Assembly (NCBI GenBank): GCA_002269645.1
Contig: NIVC01000856.1
Location: 1 to 64,000, forward strand
DNA: 64,000 nt
Direction: 5' to 3'
Source of the DNA: Macrostomum lignano
Taxonomy: Eukaryota
Below, piece by piece: positions 39,510-51,935 of the stretch. The stretch's first letter is position 1. The number at the start of each line of letters is the position of its first letter. A model generated the notes under the pieces. It was not told where the DNA came from. It saw nothing but the letters and a program-made list of their open reading frames with translations, and did not search any database. Both the position numbers and the translations under genes were made by a program.

Positions 39510-39800
39510 ACTTTGAGTAGATTGAGTAGGTTTTCAGTAGATGGAGTAGGTTTTAAGTAGATTTTGAGTATTTCTTAGTAGATAGTTGCTTACGAGTAGA
39601 TTGAGTAGGTTTTGAGTAGGTGAAGTAGATTTTGATTACATGGAGTAGGTTTTGGGTAGGTGGGGTAGCATTCGAGTAGATAGAGTAGGTTTTGGGTAGA
39701 TGGAGTAGGTATTGAGTATCAGTGGAGTAGGTTTTGGGTAGATGAAGTAGGTTTTGAGTAGATAGAGTAGGTTTAGAGTAGTTTTAGAGCAGATGGAGTC
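39510..39800. repeat. Degenerate GAGTAG(G/A)TTTT repeat in globin intron 1
   Basis: Numerous imperfect gagtagg/gagtaga units. Confidence 0.8.
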
Positions 39801-40231
39801 ACTTAGCAGATTTTCTATAGATCCTAGATAGCTTCCCAGAGGTTTACTGTGAAGTCATCAGTAGTTCTATAACTGATAGAGCAGTTATCTACCGAAAACG
39901 AGTCTCAAACAAATTAACAAACAATCAAATTAAACAAATTTTCCGGGTTGAGATTCGTGAACAATTCAAATTCAAAACTGCCCAGCGATAGTCGATTTAT
40001 TAACTAACGATTCCAGGTTGATAGACTTTTACCATCTGCATACCATCTAAAAGTTCAAATCATTTATCATCGACCTTCGGGAACTTCGCAACCTTTGGGA
40101 TCTTTGGGACTTTCTATCAAGACCTTTGGAACCTTTTCGACCTTCGACATGCACATGCATGGAGAGGCAGTTCGGGGAACACCCATTTTGTACTCCGTGA
40201 CCTCGCCCATGCAGCCAATCCACTCCCCTTA

Positions 40232-40543
40232 CTCGATAATAATAATTGATTACACCTGCCCCAATTGGGCAGATGTGCAACCAACAGCTCAGCCGCAGCT
40301 ATTGCGCGGCGCATCTGAAGGTTGCGACTACGGCTGTTCAGTCCAAGGACTGGGGGGGGGTCGCCACACACATCCTCAATTACCCCAGCTAATGCTGGCA
40401 CCCATTTTACAGCTGGGTGGATTAAAGTAATGCAGAGTTAAATGTCTTACTCAAGGACACAGATTGTTCCTAGTGTGATCGTGAATCGAACCCCCGATCT
40501 TTCAATCGTGAGTCCGATGCTCTAACCACTAGGCTACCACCCC
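40232..40543 (-). mobile_element. tRNA-derived SINE, copy 3 (best preserved), in globin intron 1
   Basis: Minus strand starts GGGGTGGTAGCCTAGTGGTTAGAGCATCGGACTCACGA...GGTTCGATTC (A box TAGCCTAGTGG, B box GGTTCGATTC); conserved core; (ATT)n tail. Confidence 0.82.
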
Positions 40544-40761
40544 AAGAACAAAAACCTCAGTACGTTCAGCACCTACGGGACCTTCAGGACTTTCGAGACC
40601 TTTGGGGCCTTCTGGATATTCAGCACCTTAGGGACCTTCAACCCGATGACTAATTTAATCAGAGCTGCATGGTTACAACTATTCCTAATTTGCCGCTGTA
40701 CTGATTCTTGACTAACAAAACCAATTCGTCTCCGGCACTGTCTCAAACTCAATCCTCCCAG

Positions 40762-40987
40762 ACTGTTCGAGCTGTACCCCGAAGAGCAGGAGCTGTTCTC
40801 GAAGTTTCGCCAGAGGCCACTCGACCAGCTGCGCGGCGACCCGGCGTTGAGGACACACGGCCGTAGGGTGGTGAACATGCTGGACTCGGTCATCGCCGAC
40901 TTGCGCGACCGACAGTCCTCTGAGGAGCTGCTGACCGAGATTGGCCGCTCGCATGGGCGACGGGGCATCCGGCCGGACCATTTTGCT
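40762..40987 (+). CDS. Globin exon 2 (C-G helices), absent from ORF track
   Basis: Acceptor ctcccag|A, 226 nt. LFELYPEEQELFSKF (CD1 Phe), ALRTHGRRVVNML (distal His E7), IGRSHGRRGIRPDHFA (proximal His F8). Donor GCT|gtgagt is G7.0. Confidence 0.93.
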
Positions 40988-41700
40988 GTGAGTAGGTTGG
41001 TAGACAAAGTAGGTTGATAGGCAGAGTAGGTTGGTAGACGTGAGTAGGTTGGTAGACAGTGGGTTGATAGATAGATAGAGTAGGTTGATAGACAGAGTAA
41101 GTTGGTAGACAGAGTAGGTTGATAGATAAAGTAGGTTGATGGATAAAGTAGATTGATAGAAAAAGCAGGTTGGTAGATAGAGTAGGTTGATAGAAAGAAA
41201 AGCTTGGTAGAGTAGGTTAATAGATAGAGTAAGTTGGTAGACAAAAAGGGTTGGTAGATAGAGTAGGTTGATAGACAGAGCAGGTTGATAGAGTAAATTG
41301 ATAGACAGAGCAGGTTGATAGAGTAAATTGATAGACAGAGCAGGTTGATAGAGTAAATTGATAGACAGAGCAGGTTGATAGAGTAAATTGATAGACAGAG
41401 CAGGTTGATAGAGTAAATTGATAGACAGAGCAGGTTGATAGAGTAAATTGATAGACAGAGCAGGTTGATAGAGTAAATTGATAGACAGAGCAGGTTGATA
41501 GAGTAAATTGATAGACAGAGCAGGTTGATATACAGAGCAGGTTGATAGAGTAAATTGATAGACAGAGCAGGTTGATAGAGTAAATTGATAGACAGAGCAG
41601 GTTGATAGAGTAAATTGATAGACAGAGCAGGTTGATAGAGTAAATTGATAGACAGAGCAGGTTGATAGAGTAAATTGATAGACAGAGTATGTTTTGTAGA
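40988..41700. repeat. Globin intron 2 minisatellite; degenerate start maturing to a 30 bp unit GAGCAGGTTGATAGAGTAAATTGATAGACA (about 13 near-perfect copies, 41270-41680)
   Basis: Period 30 measured at 41281/41311. Confidence 0.92.
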
Positions 41701-41932
41701 TAAAGAAGGTTGGTAGAAAAAGTAGGGGTTGAAAGAGTAGGTGCAGGTAGAGTAGGTTGAGATAGTGAGTTGGTGGATAGAGTAGATTTTCAATGCAATT
41801 CTGTTTCGGCAGGAACCGTTGAAGTTCTTGACGTTCTTAGTTGCCGAGTATCAAGAGGCCCGATACGGTATGTCGTACTGTTACTAGATCGTCATGCACC
41901 AACTAGTTCAACCACCCAACAATGAACCGCAG

Positions 41933-42079
41933 ACGCTGAACAAGGTGCTGATGTACGTACTTGAAGACCTGCTTGGCCAGCAGTTTAAAAGCAACAAGGC
42001 GGTGTGGAACAAGTTTCTGTCCGGCACGATTCCGACTATTACGGAGGGCATTCGGACTGCTCAGCAGGGCGATCTCTGA
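41933..42079 (+). CDS. Globin exon 3 (G-H helices)
   Basis: Acceptor ccgcag|ACG, phase 0. TLNKVLMYVLEDLLGQQFKSNKAVWNKFLSGTIPTITEGI...* contains the H-helix AxWxK motif. Confidence 0.88.
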   Translation, partial: TLNKVLMYVLEDLLGQQFKSNKAVWNKFLSGTIPTITEGIRTAQQGDL

Positions 42080-42207
42080 CTTTTCCCACTCTATGCGATG
42101 ACATGTATGAGTTCAGCGAGGTATTTTATTTCAGCGTGAAAAAAATCTTTTCTCTCAAATCCATCCATAACATCCAACACATCGAAGAAATTGACTCTTA
42201 TAAAAAT

Positions 42208-42575
42208 GTCACTCCAGTCCCCCTCTCAATCAAAATGGCACTCCCAGTCCCCCTCTCAATCAAAATGGCACTCCCAGTCTCCCTCTCAATCAAAATGGCA
42301 CTCCCAGTCCCCCTCTCAATCAAAATGGCACTCCCAGTCTCCCTCTCAATCAAAATGGCACTCCCAGTCCCCCTCTCAATCAAAATGGCACTCCCAGTCC
42401 CCCTCTCAATCAAAATGGCACTCCCAGTCCCCCTCTCAATCAAAATGGCACCTCCTCTTAGTTATCCCTGTCAATTAAATTGGCAAATCCCAACCCACAT
42501 CTGATCAAAATGGCAAATCCCAACCCACATCTGATCAAAATGGCAAATCCCAACCCACATCTGATCAAAATGGCA
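42208..42575. repeat. Two adjacent 30 bp minisatellites (ACTCCCAGTCCCCCTCTCAATCAAAATGGC x8; TGGCAAATCCCAACCCACATCTGATCAAAA x3)
   Basis: Read directly; they share the ATCAAAATGGC core. Confidence 0.9.
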
Positions 42576-43309
42576 ACCATATCTTATCCTAAGTAGACCC
42601 AGTGCGGCAGTGTGACCAACTCTGAACTCTCGCTAAGTAACATCTCTGAATCCCTAACCATGGGCGCCCAGAACTTGCATAGCATATATAATTAGCACCC
42701 TAATAACACGCAGGAAAATTCCATAACGCAGACAAATTCGTCCAACCAAATAGCGAAGAAGACAGAATAATGTTATGAGTACGTAGAAGATGCACAGGCA
42801 GACACACCGACTGCTATCACATTGTGTTCACCTGCCTTACTAAACAGGTAAATTCCGCCCAACCGCACAGATAGACTTAATTTGCATGGCCATGCATGGA
42901 TCACTATTATTACCATTATCTATCTAAATATATACAAATATTCATCTAGAGTTTACCACCCTACCATTATTAAAAATAACGATAATAATATAAAACATTT
43001 TCGCTTACTTTTTGAAAATAATAATAGACAAATAATTGTAATTATAAATTCGCTGCGCCATTAATAATATAAGCAACAATCGCCTCTGGCCTTGTACAAG
43101 CAGACAAGTTAAATTAGCATCTTCATCCTGTTTTGCAGACTCCAGACTGCTTCAGACTCGAAATTATTTAATAAGACTTCAATTTAAGACTGAAGACTGC
43201 AGGAAACCGTAAAAATCCTAATCTAGTGCATCTGCATAGCGAGCAAGAGAGAACGGGGTGGCGCCGCGCCACAGCCCCCGCCTAGCCGATAAACAGTTGG
43301 GCTTCCTTA

Positions 43310-43560
43310 CAGCTCTCTCATTGGCTGAGCTAGATTGGTCCTGCCCCCTTTCGTCAGTCTGATTTCGACCTCTCTCCTTACTGCTCTCTCATTGGCTGAG
43401 CTAGATTGGTCCTGCCCCCTTTTGTCAGTCTGATTTCGACCTCTCTCCTTACTGCTCTCTCATTGGCTGAGCTAGATTGGTCCTGCCCCCTTTTGTCAGT
43501 CTGATTTCGACCTCTCTCCTTACTGCTCTCTCATTGGCTGAGCTAGATTGGGCCTGTCCT
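43310..43560. repeat. 71 bp tandem repeat, about 3.3 copies, with paired ATTGG motifs
   Basis: TTGGCTGAGCTAGATTGG recurs at 43321 and 43392 and once more downstream. Confidence 0.85.
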
Positions 43561-44214
43561 CTAGGCAGAGTTTCGTCCACTTTGCGTTCACTTGTGTACA
43601 TCGAGTTTAATGCTTGTTGTTTATTCTTAACCCCATATGCTCTTGGGGCTGCAAACCCTGAGGAATGAATTTTTTCGATGACACATTAAATTTAAGTGAC
43701 ACTTCTTTTTCACAAATTTCATTGCGAGTGACACATCTAGTTCATCTTGTAACCGTGTCACACACTGAGGAGACTGTATGAGCCGAAAGAACATAAACAG
43801 AAAATCAGGAAGTTTTTTACTACTCGCTCACGAGTAGGCAAGCAAAGAAATGACTTTAAATATTGAAAGAATTCTAGTCTGTAATTTACAGTGAGGAAGT
43901 CATTTATAAGCATTGAATTGACATTCGCAAATTCAGTAACTCGCGAACTTCGGCCTTCAATTAGCACGTTACGTATTTAATTTAAAGATTAAATCTTCTA
44001 GTTAACAATTACACATTATGCTTTTGATGTGGACTAAGGTTAACAAAAAACATACACGACATCTACCATCTGAGTAAGGCCAATAATTATGTGCGTTATA
44101 TTGGCACATCGGAGCATCATTTTTTCTGCATATCTATAAATTCACTAGGGGATCCGGAAAATGATCAATGTGTTCTAGCTAGAATACAAAGTCATGGCTC
44201 AGAAGGCACACATA

Positions 44215-44560
44215 AGCCTAGATGTACATCTATAATCAATGCACTATTGAGAATGTACATCACCGGCAATGTACACAATCAATATAATATTGAGAATGTA
44301 CATCACCGCTAATGTACATCTACAATCAATGTACTTTTGAGAATGTACATCACCGCTAATGTACATCTACAATCAATGCACTATTGAGAATGTACATCTA
44401 CAATCAATGAACTATTGAGAATATACACATAGCCTAGATGTACATAATTGTCAATGCAGTATTGAGAAAAAGGAACGTTATTATTCAATATTTTTGGCAA
44501 TCTATGCACAATATAGATGTTGCGAATGTACACCTTGCCAATGCACACCGCAGCTGACGT
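44215..44560. repeat. Degenerate TGTACATCTACAATCAATGCACTATTGAGAA-type repeat
   Basis: About 8 imperfect copies. Confidence 0.7.
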
Positions 44561-44673
44561 AAATATAATGTTAAGAATGCACACAGCCAAACATTTCTAT
44601 TTAAAGATTGATCCAGAGCGCGCCCTTAGCGAATAGAAAGTACTAACAAAGGTCAAAGGTCAGAGCGCCGGCG

Positions 44674-44868
44674 TCACCTCAGCAGCAAGGATTCGTGCTC
44701 TGATTTGCCAACTGTCTGCTTGTGCGCCACCCAGATGAAGGCGATAGACGAGGAGGCGCTCAGCAGGAAGATGACATCGAACCAGCGGTGATAGAAGTGA
44801 AACTGCAGGTCGCCAAGCACCTGGGTGATGATGTGCCGGTACTCGGCGGGCATGTTCATTCGCATCAG
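44674..44868 (-). pseudogene. GPR89: Isolated 3'-terminal fragment of GPR89 (Golgi pH regulator)
   Basis: [51 protein letters not shown] matches the GPR89 C-terminus ([51 protein letters not shown]). Similarity stops abruptly upstream, and I recognised no other GPR89 exons in the window. Confidence 0.8.
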
Positions 44869-47599
44869 CGAATGACAAATTTTTGTGTTGTCAAAGTCCC
44901 AGAAGAAGCAAACTAGATGCTGAAATACACATAGATTTGTTTTATTTTGAGACAATACAGAAATATTTAATCAACAACCATGCAAACTCTTTGTAATGAA
45001 AAATGAAATAAAGGATCAAGGAATAAAACTGTAGACATGACAAGAAAAAAACTAAGTAAAAACATAAACATAAGATGACATGTAAATTTTTGGTGAATTA
45101 TGAATGGATTTTCTTGATAGGAAAAATTATTATTAAAAAGTTGGTATTTTCTCATTAAAAATTCACAAAAATGAAGCTGGGTAGTTGCATTTCCATGCTA
45201 CTTTTATACTTACTGAATTACAAGGAACTGGCAAGTATAGCCTAAGATTGCCTGCAACCAAAACCAGATGTGTGTACATCCAGATGTTGTCGCCAGAAGG
45301 TCGCTTAAGGAAACAGAGTCGCAGTGCCCTACTAGTAGGTAACTTCGCATTGGCGTTTTGTTGCGACCTTGCAATTTTCGTTACGCCACCATTGTAATTT
45401 TTGTTAACTGGTACCATAGTAAAATTTCTATACATGTAAAAGGAAGTAATGTAATTACTCTGTATGTATATAGAATTACTTTTTCATGCAATACATGTAT
45501 GTGTGTCGTGTTGAAAATTATCTAGAACAATTAATTGACTTTAAGACATCATTTACTGACCTAATAAGTGTACATGTTGCTTCGAATTAAAGACGGCCTA
45601 ATAAAATAAAATTTTATATTGTGGCCGAGTTACAGCCTACAGTCATTCATCCAGATGGGGGCTAAGACGGATATTCTCTGAGTTAATCAACAAATCAGGG
45701 CAGATATAACCGTCTGAGTTCAACAGAATTAAATGTATTAAGACATGCAAAGCTGATATGAAAGAAATCAAAGGTGGATATATGCACTCAATGTGCCATA
45801 ATGCAGTATGCATACATGCAGGTTACATATATACAGTTAAAGATGTAGCAGTTTTAGTAATACTACTAGTAGTAAAAATGGAAAGTGGCTTAAGTAATTG
45901 AAGACACGCACTTTTCAGTAATAAGAAAGAACTGTATATTTTGTTCACTGAAAAATTGCAATTCATTTTATGATTTTACACAAATTTAAATTTTGTGCCG
46001 TATAGGAGCAAAGGCAGAGTGCAAAAAACGAAGTTCATAGAGAGGCTCGAGAAAATGATAACGATAAAAAGGAGTTAATTGTCATTTGATTAGCTCGTAT
46101 AAAATGCATATTATGTGAAGTCAATGCAAAATGCCAGTGGAAATTTAAAAAATTGATGATTTAGAATTTTGCTTATTACGTTTTTAAAAATTGCAATAAA
46201 ATCTTAAATTTTAATAATAAATATATACACTTTTAGTTAAACTGACACTGGACTTTTATTAAATATAAACATTAGAAAAATATTTGTTTTAGTACACTGC
46301 TGCCAGTGATGCCAGTATGCCAGTGTCCGTTGCCAGCTTTTATACAGACCCGTCGGGTGGGCATGCATGCAACTAACTACTGATTTCACCGACACTTGGG
46401 TTCACCGGATTTTTAACTTTATTTTTAAGGCTTAAAAAATATATAGTCGATAGCGCAAGTTTTTGGCTCTGCGCGTTGCCAGCGGACATCAGGAGGGCGA
46501 TTTTTGTTATATTTTTTGGCGGTGAAGCGGCGGTGAACCGGCGGTGAACCCAATAAATCCTTCCAGAGAGCTGAAAACCTGTCATGCAATATTTCAAAGC
46601 AAAATATAGGCAGATTTTGACGTGCGCATAAAATTTCAGCGTTGCGCATTGCTCCTGAACTGCAGGAGAACGGTTTTTGTGAAATTCCGGTGGTGAATGA
46701 CTGCCGCTGAACTCCGCGGTGAACGAAATTAAGTGCGTTTCCCGAGTCGAAAAATAGTAAATTTTCCTGTTAAAAAAGTTATCAAAGTAAAATTTCATCA
46801 CTTTCATCAGCATTTTTGCATTCCCTTTTGTGTTGATTGTTAAGCTATTTCTTTAATGCGAAGCGAAAACTTGAAAAAAATATTTTGAACTACGAGTCTT
46901 TATTGCGCAAGTGGCAGGCAGAACATGTAGCGCACTTGCGCACAAAAATACATTATATTTATACGTCGTGTGGTATTTTTGTGCCCATACTTAATAATGA
47001 AGACTTTTATGCAATTTTACTTCCTATATGTTTAGATATATTTTTCAATTATGTCTTGAAACACACAGTCAAAGTGTTAATATCAGTACAGGCAATAAAA
47101 TTAGTATTTCTTGGCTTGATGCTTTTTACAACTGGCTAGAAGCCTCTATTTTGATATCTCTTCGCTTCTATTAAGTCAAATTATAAACATAATACCCATT
47201 TAAGATTCTATAGTGTTTTTCCAATAAATTTAAATTCAATTATATAAGACAGGCACTTAGTATACTTTTATAAAAGAATAACAAGTATAACATACAGTAA
47301 TAATATTGACTATACTAGCCTATTTAATTACTTGTAATTTTATGTATGTATTAATTTTTATATTTGATTTCATTGTAATAAAAAAATTAATAAAAAATTC
47401 TCTATATTTATAAAATTGTTGACTCAAAATTCTTTCTTGTTTTTTCTCATAACTATAATTAATATTTCAAATATATATTTTTCTCTCATCTTGTAGGCAT
47501 TTATTAACGATGCGTACACTGTTTTCGAAGCGCAAGCAAGGTCCTCTACCTGCGAATTCTGCTTTTTGTCGGCGTTTGAGTTGATGCTACTGATGTTCG

Positions 47600-48222
47600 A
47601 GAAGCGAGTCAGCTCTAGGACCAGATGGGCAAGATGTCTATGCCACGTTTCCTACTGCGGAAGTGAAAAAGAACGAGGATTTGATCAAGAAGTTTGATGT
47701 CTACTGCCAGCATCTCTCCAACGAGATATTTGAACGCTATCAGCTGCGCACCAGAATGCAAGGAGAAGCGGAGGACTTCGACCAGTTCGTGGGTTCTCTA
47801 CGCCAGCTCGTGAAGCGCTGCAACTACAGTATACCTGACAACGACGAGATCAAGAACAGCATCTTCCGAGATCGGGTCGTCATCGGTGTCAGCGACCCAG
47901 CTCTGCGAGAAAGATTTCTACGGGAATCAAAGTTGACTCTGAACTGTGCAATTCAGATAGGACGAGCATCGGAGACATCAAAGCGACAGGCGCGGCCCTG
48001 ACCTCGACACGAACTAGCCGAGCAGCACCTGCGCCAGTACCTGTGACCGGCGACGCCCTGCAATGCCGGGCCAAGGCACCAGCAGGCCCAGCCAAGATGG
48101 CTCGCAACTGCGGCTTCTGCGGGAAGCAGCATGAGCGGCGCAAGTGCCCGGCATTCGGCAAAACATGCGCCTGCGGTCGTGCAAACCACTTCTCCTCCGT
48201 GTGCCGGTCCACCATAAAGGTC
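47600..48222 (+). mobile_element. Gypsy/Ty3 LTR-retrotransposon gag fragment with CCHC knuckle (degenerate)
   Basis: LGPDGQDVYATF...KFDVYC...EIFERYQLRTRMQGEAEDFDQFV..LRQLVKRCNY...IFRDRVVIGVSDPALRERFLRESKLTL..AIQIGRASE, then CGFCGKQH...CPAFGKTCACGRANHFSSVC. Frameshifted; no LTR or pol seen. Confidence 0.82.
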
Positions 48223-48224
48223 AA

Positions 48225-49712
48225 GGAGCTGGTCGAGGAGACGAGAGCAATTCTTCTGACCAAAGCCCAGCAGCAGTCCACTATCCGCTCTGGTCTGACT
48301 CAGCGCGCGAAGCAGCTGCTGGACACCACCAAGGCCAACAACCGCAGCAACCCCCAGCCCAGTGTCACCACTGCGCCCCCCGGAAAACTGGGCCGAGAGC
48401 GAGAATGCCGCCCAGGTGGCGGCCCCGCCCTCGACCATGGAGACCATCCTGGAGGAGCCCATGGAACTGGAGCCTGGAGCCATCGGCGAGGTAGAAGAGA
48501 CAGCTCTCCTGCACAACTCGCTGCACAGGAAGCTGCGCGGACCCGTGGAATCCCCGGAGTAGACATCCTGCAGCTAAACCTACACCACTGCATCGCGGCC
48601 TCGACCAACCTGATGCAGGTGGCAACCTTCGTGAAACCGGGCATTATCCTACTCCAGGAGCCCTGGACGAAGAAAGGTAAGATTCCGAATATTCCTGCTG
48701 GTTTTGACTGTTTTCAGGACACCCCAAAACCCCAGAGCAGCCATGTTCGTGTCTACCCATCTCAAAGCTTGGCACAGACAGGACCTCTCTGACAGAGACC
48801 TCTGTGTCATTCAGTCCCCCCCCCCCAACCACATAATCACCAACCGCACGGTCATCATCGCCTCGATTTATTTCCCTGGCGATGGCCCCGCGGTTCCACC
48901 CAACCTCATCTCCCTCGTGGACTACTGCTCTAACCGTAGGTTCGAGCTGCTGGTGGCGGGCGACGTCAACGCTCACCACACCCACTGGGGCAGTAATACT
49001 TCCAACAGCAGAGGCGAGGAACTCCTTGCTTACATCTGCACCACCAACACTGAGTTTTGCGAAATTGGTGGAACACCCACCTTTGACAACGGGCGATGGA
49101 CGGAGGCCCGTGACATAACCCTCGTCTCCCATGGTTTGGCTCCTCTGGTCAAGGACTGGGAGGTGTGGGACGAAGAAGAGTCTCTGTCTGACCATCGCTT
49201 CGTTCGTTTTCGATCCTCTTGCCAAACCCAACATCCTGTGGAAAAGGAACGTCCGGAACACTGACTGGACGGCTTTCGCAGAAACCCTGAAATGCCAGAC
49301 AGATCGGCTGACTACCGCCGCTCCAACCACCTGTCAGGAAGTGCCATGAGGCACATGAGGCTTCCAGTCCTCCTAAAGCCTACAAAGGCAAAAAATCCGC
49401 CCCCCTGGTGGCACCCGGCGCTTGGATCCCTCCGGCGCAAGGCAAAGTGCCTCCTACGGAAAGCTTGCAAAAGCAAGGACCCAGCTGACCAAGCCGCCTA
49501 TCAAGACGCGATCCGCGACTTTAAGTGTAAAACCAGGAAAGCCAAGTCGACAAATGGCGCAAATACTGCGCGGAGTTAGAAGGCACTCGCCCGGCCTAAT
49601 TCACGCGTGGTTAAGGCTCTCACCCTCGACAAAATGTCAAGGTCTCAGTCATTAAAAGACCGGACGGCCTTGGACGGGGCTGAGAACCCAGTGGAATCGC
49701 TGGACATCATGC
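48225..49712 (+). mobile_element. Non-LTR retrotransposon fragment (R1/LOA-like): ORF1 end, APE endonuclease and linker; RT absent
   Basis: ILQLNLHHC, LLQEPW, IASIYFP, GDVNAHH.HWGS...NSRGEELL, PTF, DITL and SDH are APE motifs; WWHPALGSLRRK linker follows. Frameshifts near 48715 and 49240. Confidence 0.88.
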
Positions 49713-51090
49713 TCACCATGAAGGAGTTTATTCTCTTCAAAATCATAACAATGGTCATATGGATAACATCTAAACAAAAAGCAAGTAGCCTACTATTCAG
49801 CAAGACACTTTCAACAAGCGTGTAGTGTTCCATGCCAAGTGGAAGTGGCAAGGTATCACCAAGAAGTATTTTGATCAGCTTGGTTTTCTTTTACTTCAGC
49901 TTATTTAAAGTAAATAGCAGCATTTTTCTGCCTACACTTACCTATTTTTTCACTGTTTTGCTTCCTGAGTTTACTCATAATTTTTAATTCAATCTCCTAT
50001 TATCAGGTGTTGTACGATGTCTACACATAAGCAGCCCACACCCGCGAGCATCAGTGATGTAGTTTTCAAGCATCTGCATCTACACTATGCCCTGATTGAT
50101 ATACATTGCAAAACCTGGACTGCATTAGCTGAGAAAATGACAAGCTAGAGCAGCTTTCTAGTGAGCTATAAAAACTTTGTGACAAGAAGATAATTTTGAG
50201 AAATTTTTATATTTTCTGGCAACTTATCTTATTCTAATTGCAAAATATTTTTCTCAAAATTCATTCAACAATTTTATATAAGTTGTTAATAATTGTTTTT
50301 AATATATTCACAGAAGACAATCTTAGAATATTTTAAATTTTTATTATCCGCAAAATGTTTGGGTGCCTTTAATTTGCTATTATAAATCTATATAACTAAA
50401 CCTCAAATATATTACTAATTTTAAATTTTAAAACATGCTTCCATTCTTTTGAATTAGAAAAGCACTACAGCAGGTATGTTCAGAGCTAAAATAATTCTGG
50501 TTTAACAATTTTATGCCTTACTTTATTTCATTCACAACTCTCGCTGCACTACTCAGAGTAGAGTAGTAAGATGTATCAATGTTGTTACAACATTGCCAAT
50601 GTTGACAATGCCACAACAAATAATCTGTTGTGGCAACATTGATGGCAACAATTCAGCAACATTATATTACAACATTGTGGCAATGTAACTGGCGACTAGG
50701 GAATATCCCTAAGAAAAGAATGCATTCTGTCAGTCTGCAGTTTCTAGATAGCCCAATAGCAGGCTAAACTGATGGAAACACAAAAACGCATAAAAGCACT
50801 CATTTTACTTAAAATAAGTGCAAAATATTGGAAATTGCAGAGGAATTTTTTATTTACAAATCAAGAAAAATTAATAATTCCTAATATATACATATTTGAA
50901 ATATTAATTATACGCTCGTAGTTATGAGAAATAACAAGAAAGAATTTTGAGTCAACAATTTTATAAATATAGAGAATTTTTTATTAATTTTTTATTGCAA
51001 TGAAATCAAATATAAAAATATTTATTGGCTAGTAATATTACATAAAATTACAAGTGGTTGAATAGGCTAGTATAGTTAGCTCTCTACCAG

Positions 51091-51935
51091 GAGACCCTTG
51101 CCGCCGTAGTGGCACCTGACGTACTGTCCGACCTGTTCAACACGACCTCAGGGTGCTGCAAGGCGACACGCTTGCGGCCTACCTTTTCGTGTTGGTGCTC
51201 GATAGGGTGCTATGGAGGGCCCTGCCAACAGATGAGGACAGCTTCCTACTGTGCCTGCAAACAAACAGCCGCCATCTGGAGAAGTGGCTGCCGCTCCTGG
51301 GTTACGCCGACGGCCTGGCGCTGCTTGCCTCTACGGCTGAGGGAGCCCAGCGCATGCTAGACAGCCTTGTGGCAGCTGCGGCATCGATCGGGCTAGCGGT
51401 GAACATCGAAAAGACGCAGGTGATGTGTGTACCTGCGGAGCTGCCTATCAAAATCACCTGCTGGGACGCCCGACGATCGTGCAGCGGCTCTACCTCGCTG
51501 CACGCGCTTCACGTACCTCGGCAGTCTTGTGCCCAGTGTCCAGGAGGACTTGGCGCGACGCAGGGCCTGGCCTGGGTTGCCTTCCGCTCCATCTGAGTTG
51601 TCCTGTAGAACGCCGCGCTGCCAGACTGCTGCGACGACCTAGCGAGAACCTCCGCAGGCAGACTTCAACTGGCGGGCCACACCATTCGGCGGAGGCTTAC
51701 TGTTCTCAACCAGTGCAGGACGTCCTGCTACTCACGATGCAGGGCCCCTGGCCCCGAGGCTACGGCCGGGCGAGCCGCTACGCGGATTGCCTGCTGGATG
51801 ATGCTGGGGTGATCGGCCAGGAATGCTGTTGCCGCCTTCAGAGAGCTCGCACCGAGAAAACTGATCTGACACCGCCTCCATTGTGAACTGTACTCTGTTG
51901 AGTCCCCGGCGGTTTGCCTTGTTGTTGTTGTTGAT
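51091..51935 (+). mobile_element. 5'-truncated, degenerate RTE-clade LINE (RT domain to 3' end)
   Basis: (G)VLQGDTLAAYLFVLVLD, LGYADGLALL (YADD mutated), IGLAVNIEKTQVM, FTYLGS; (TTG)n tail at about 51919-51933. Confidence 0.85.

Noticed and set aside
45185-47139. Short ORFs (45163..45435, 45185..45397, 46373..46813, 46837..47139) as upstream GPR89 exons or other genes
   Set aside because: No similarity to the GPR89 N-terminal part or to any domain I recognise; AT-rich context.
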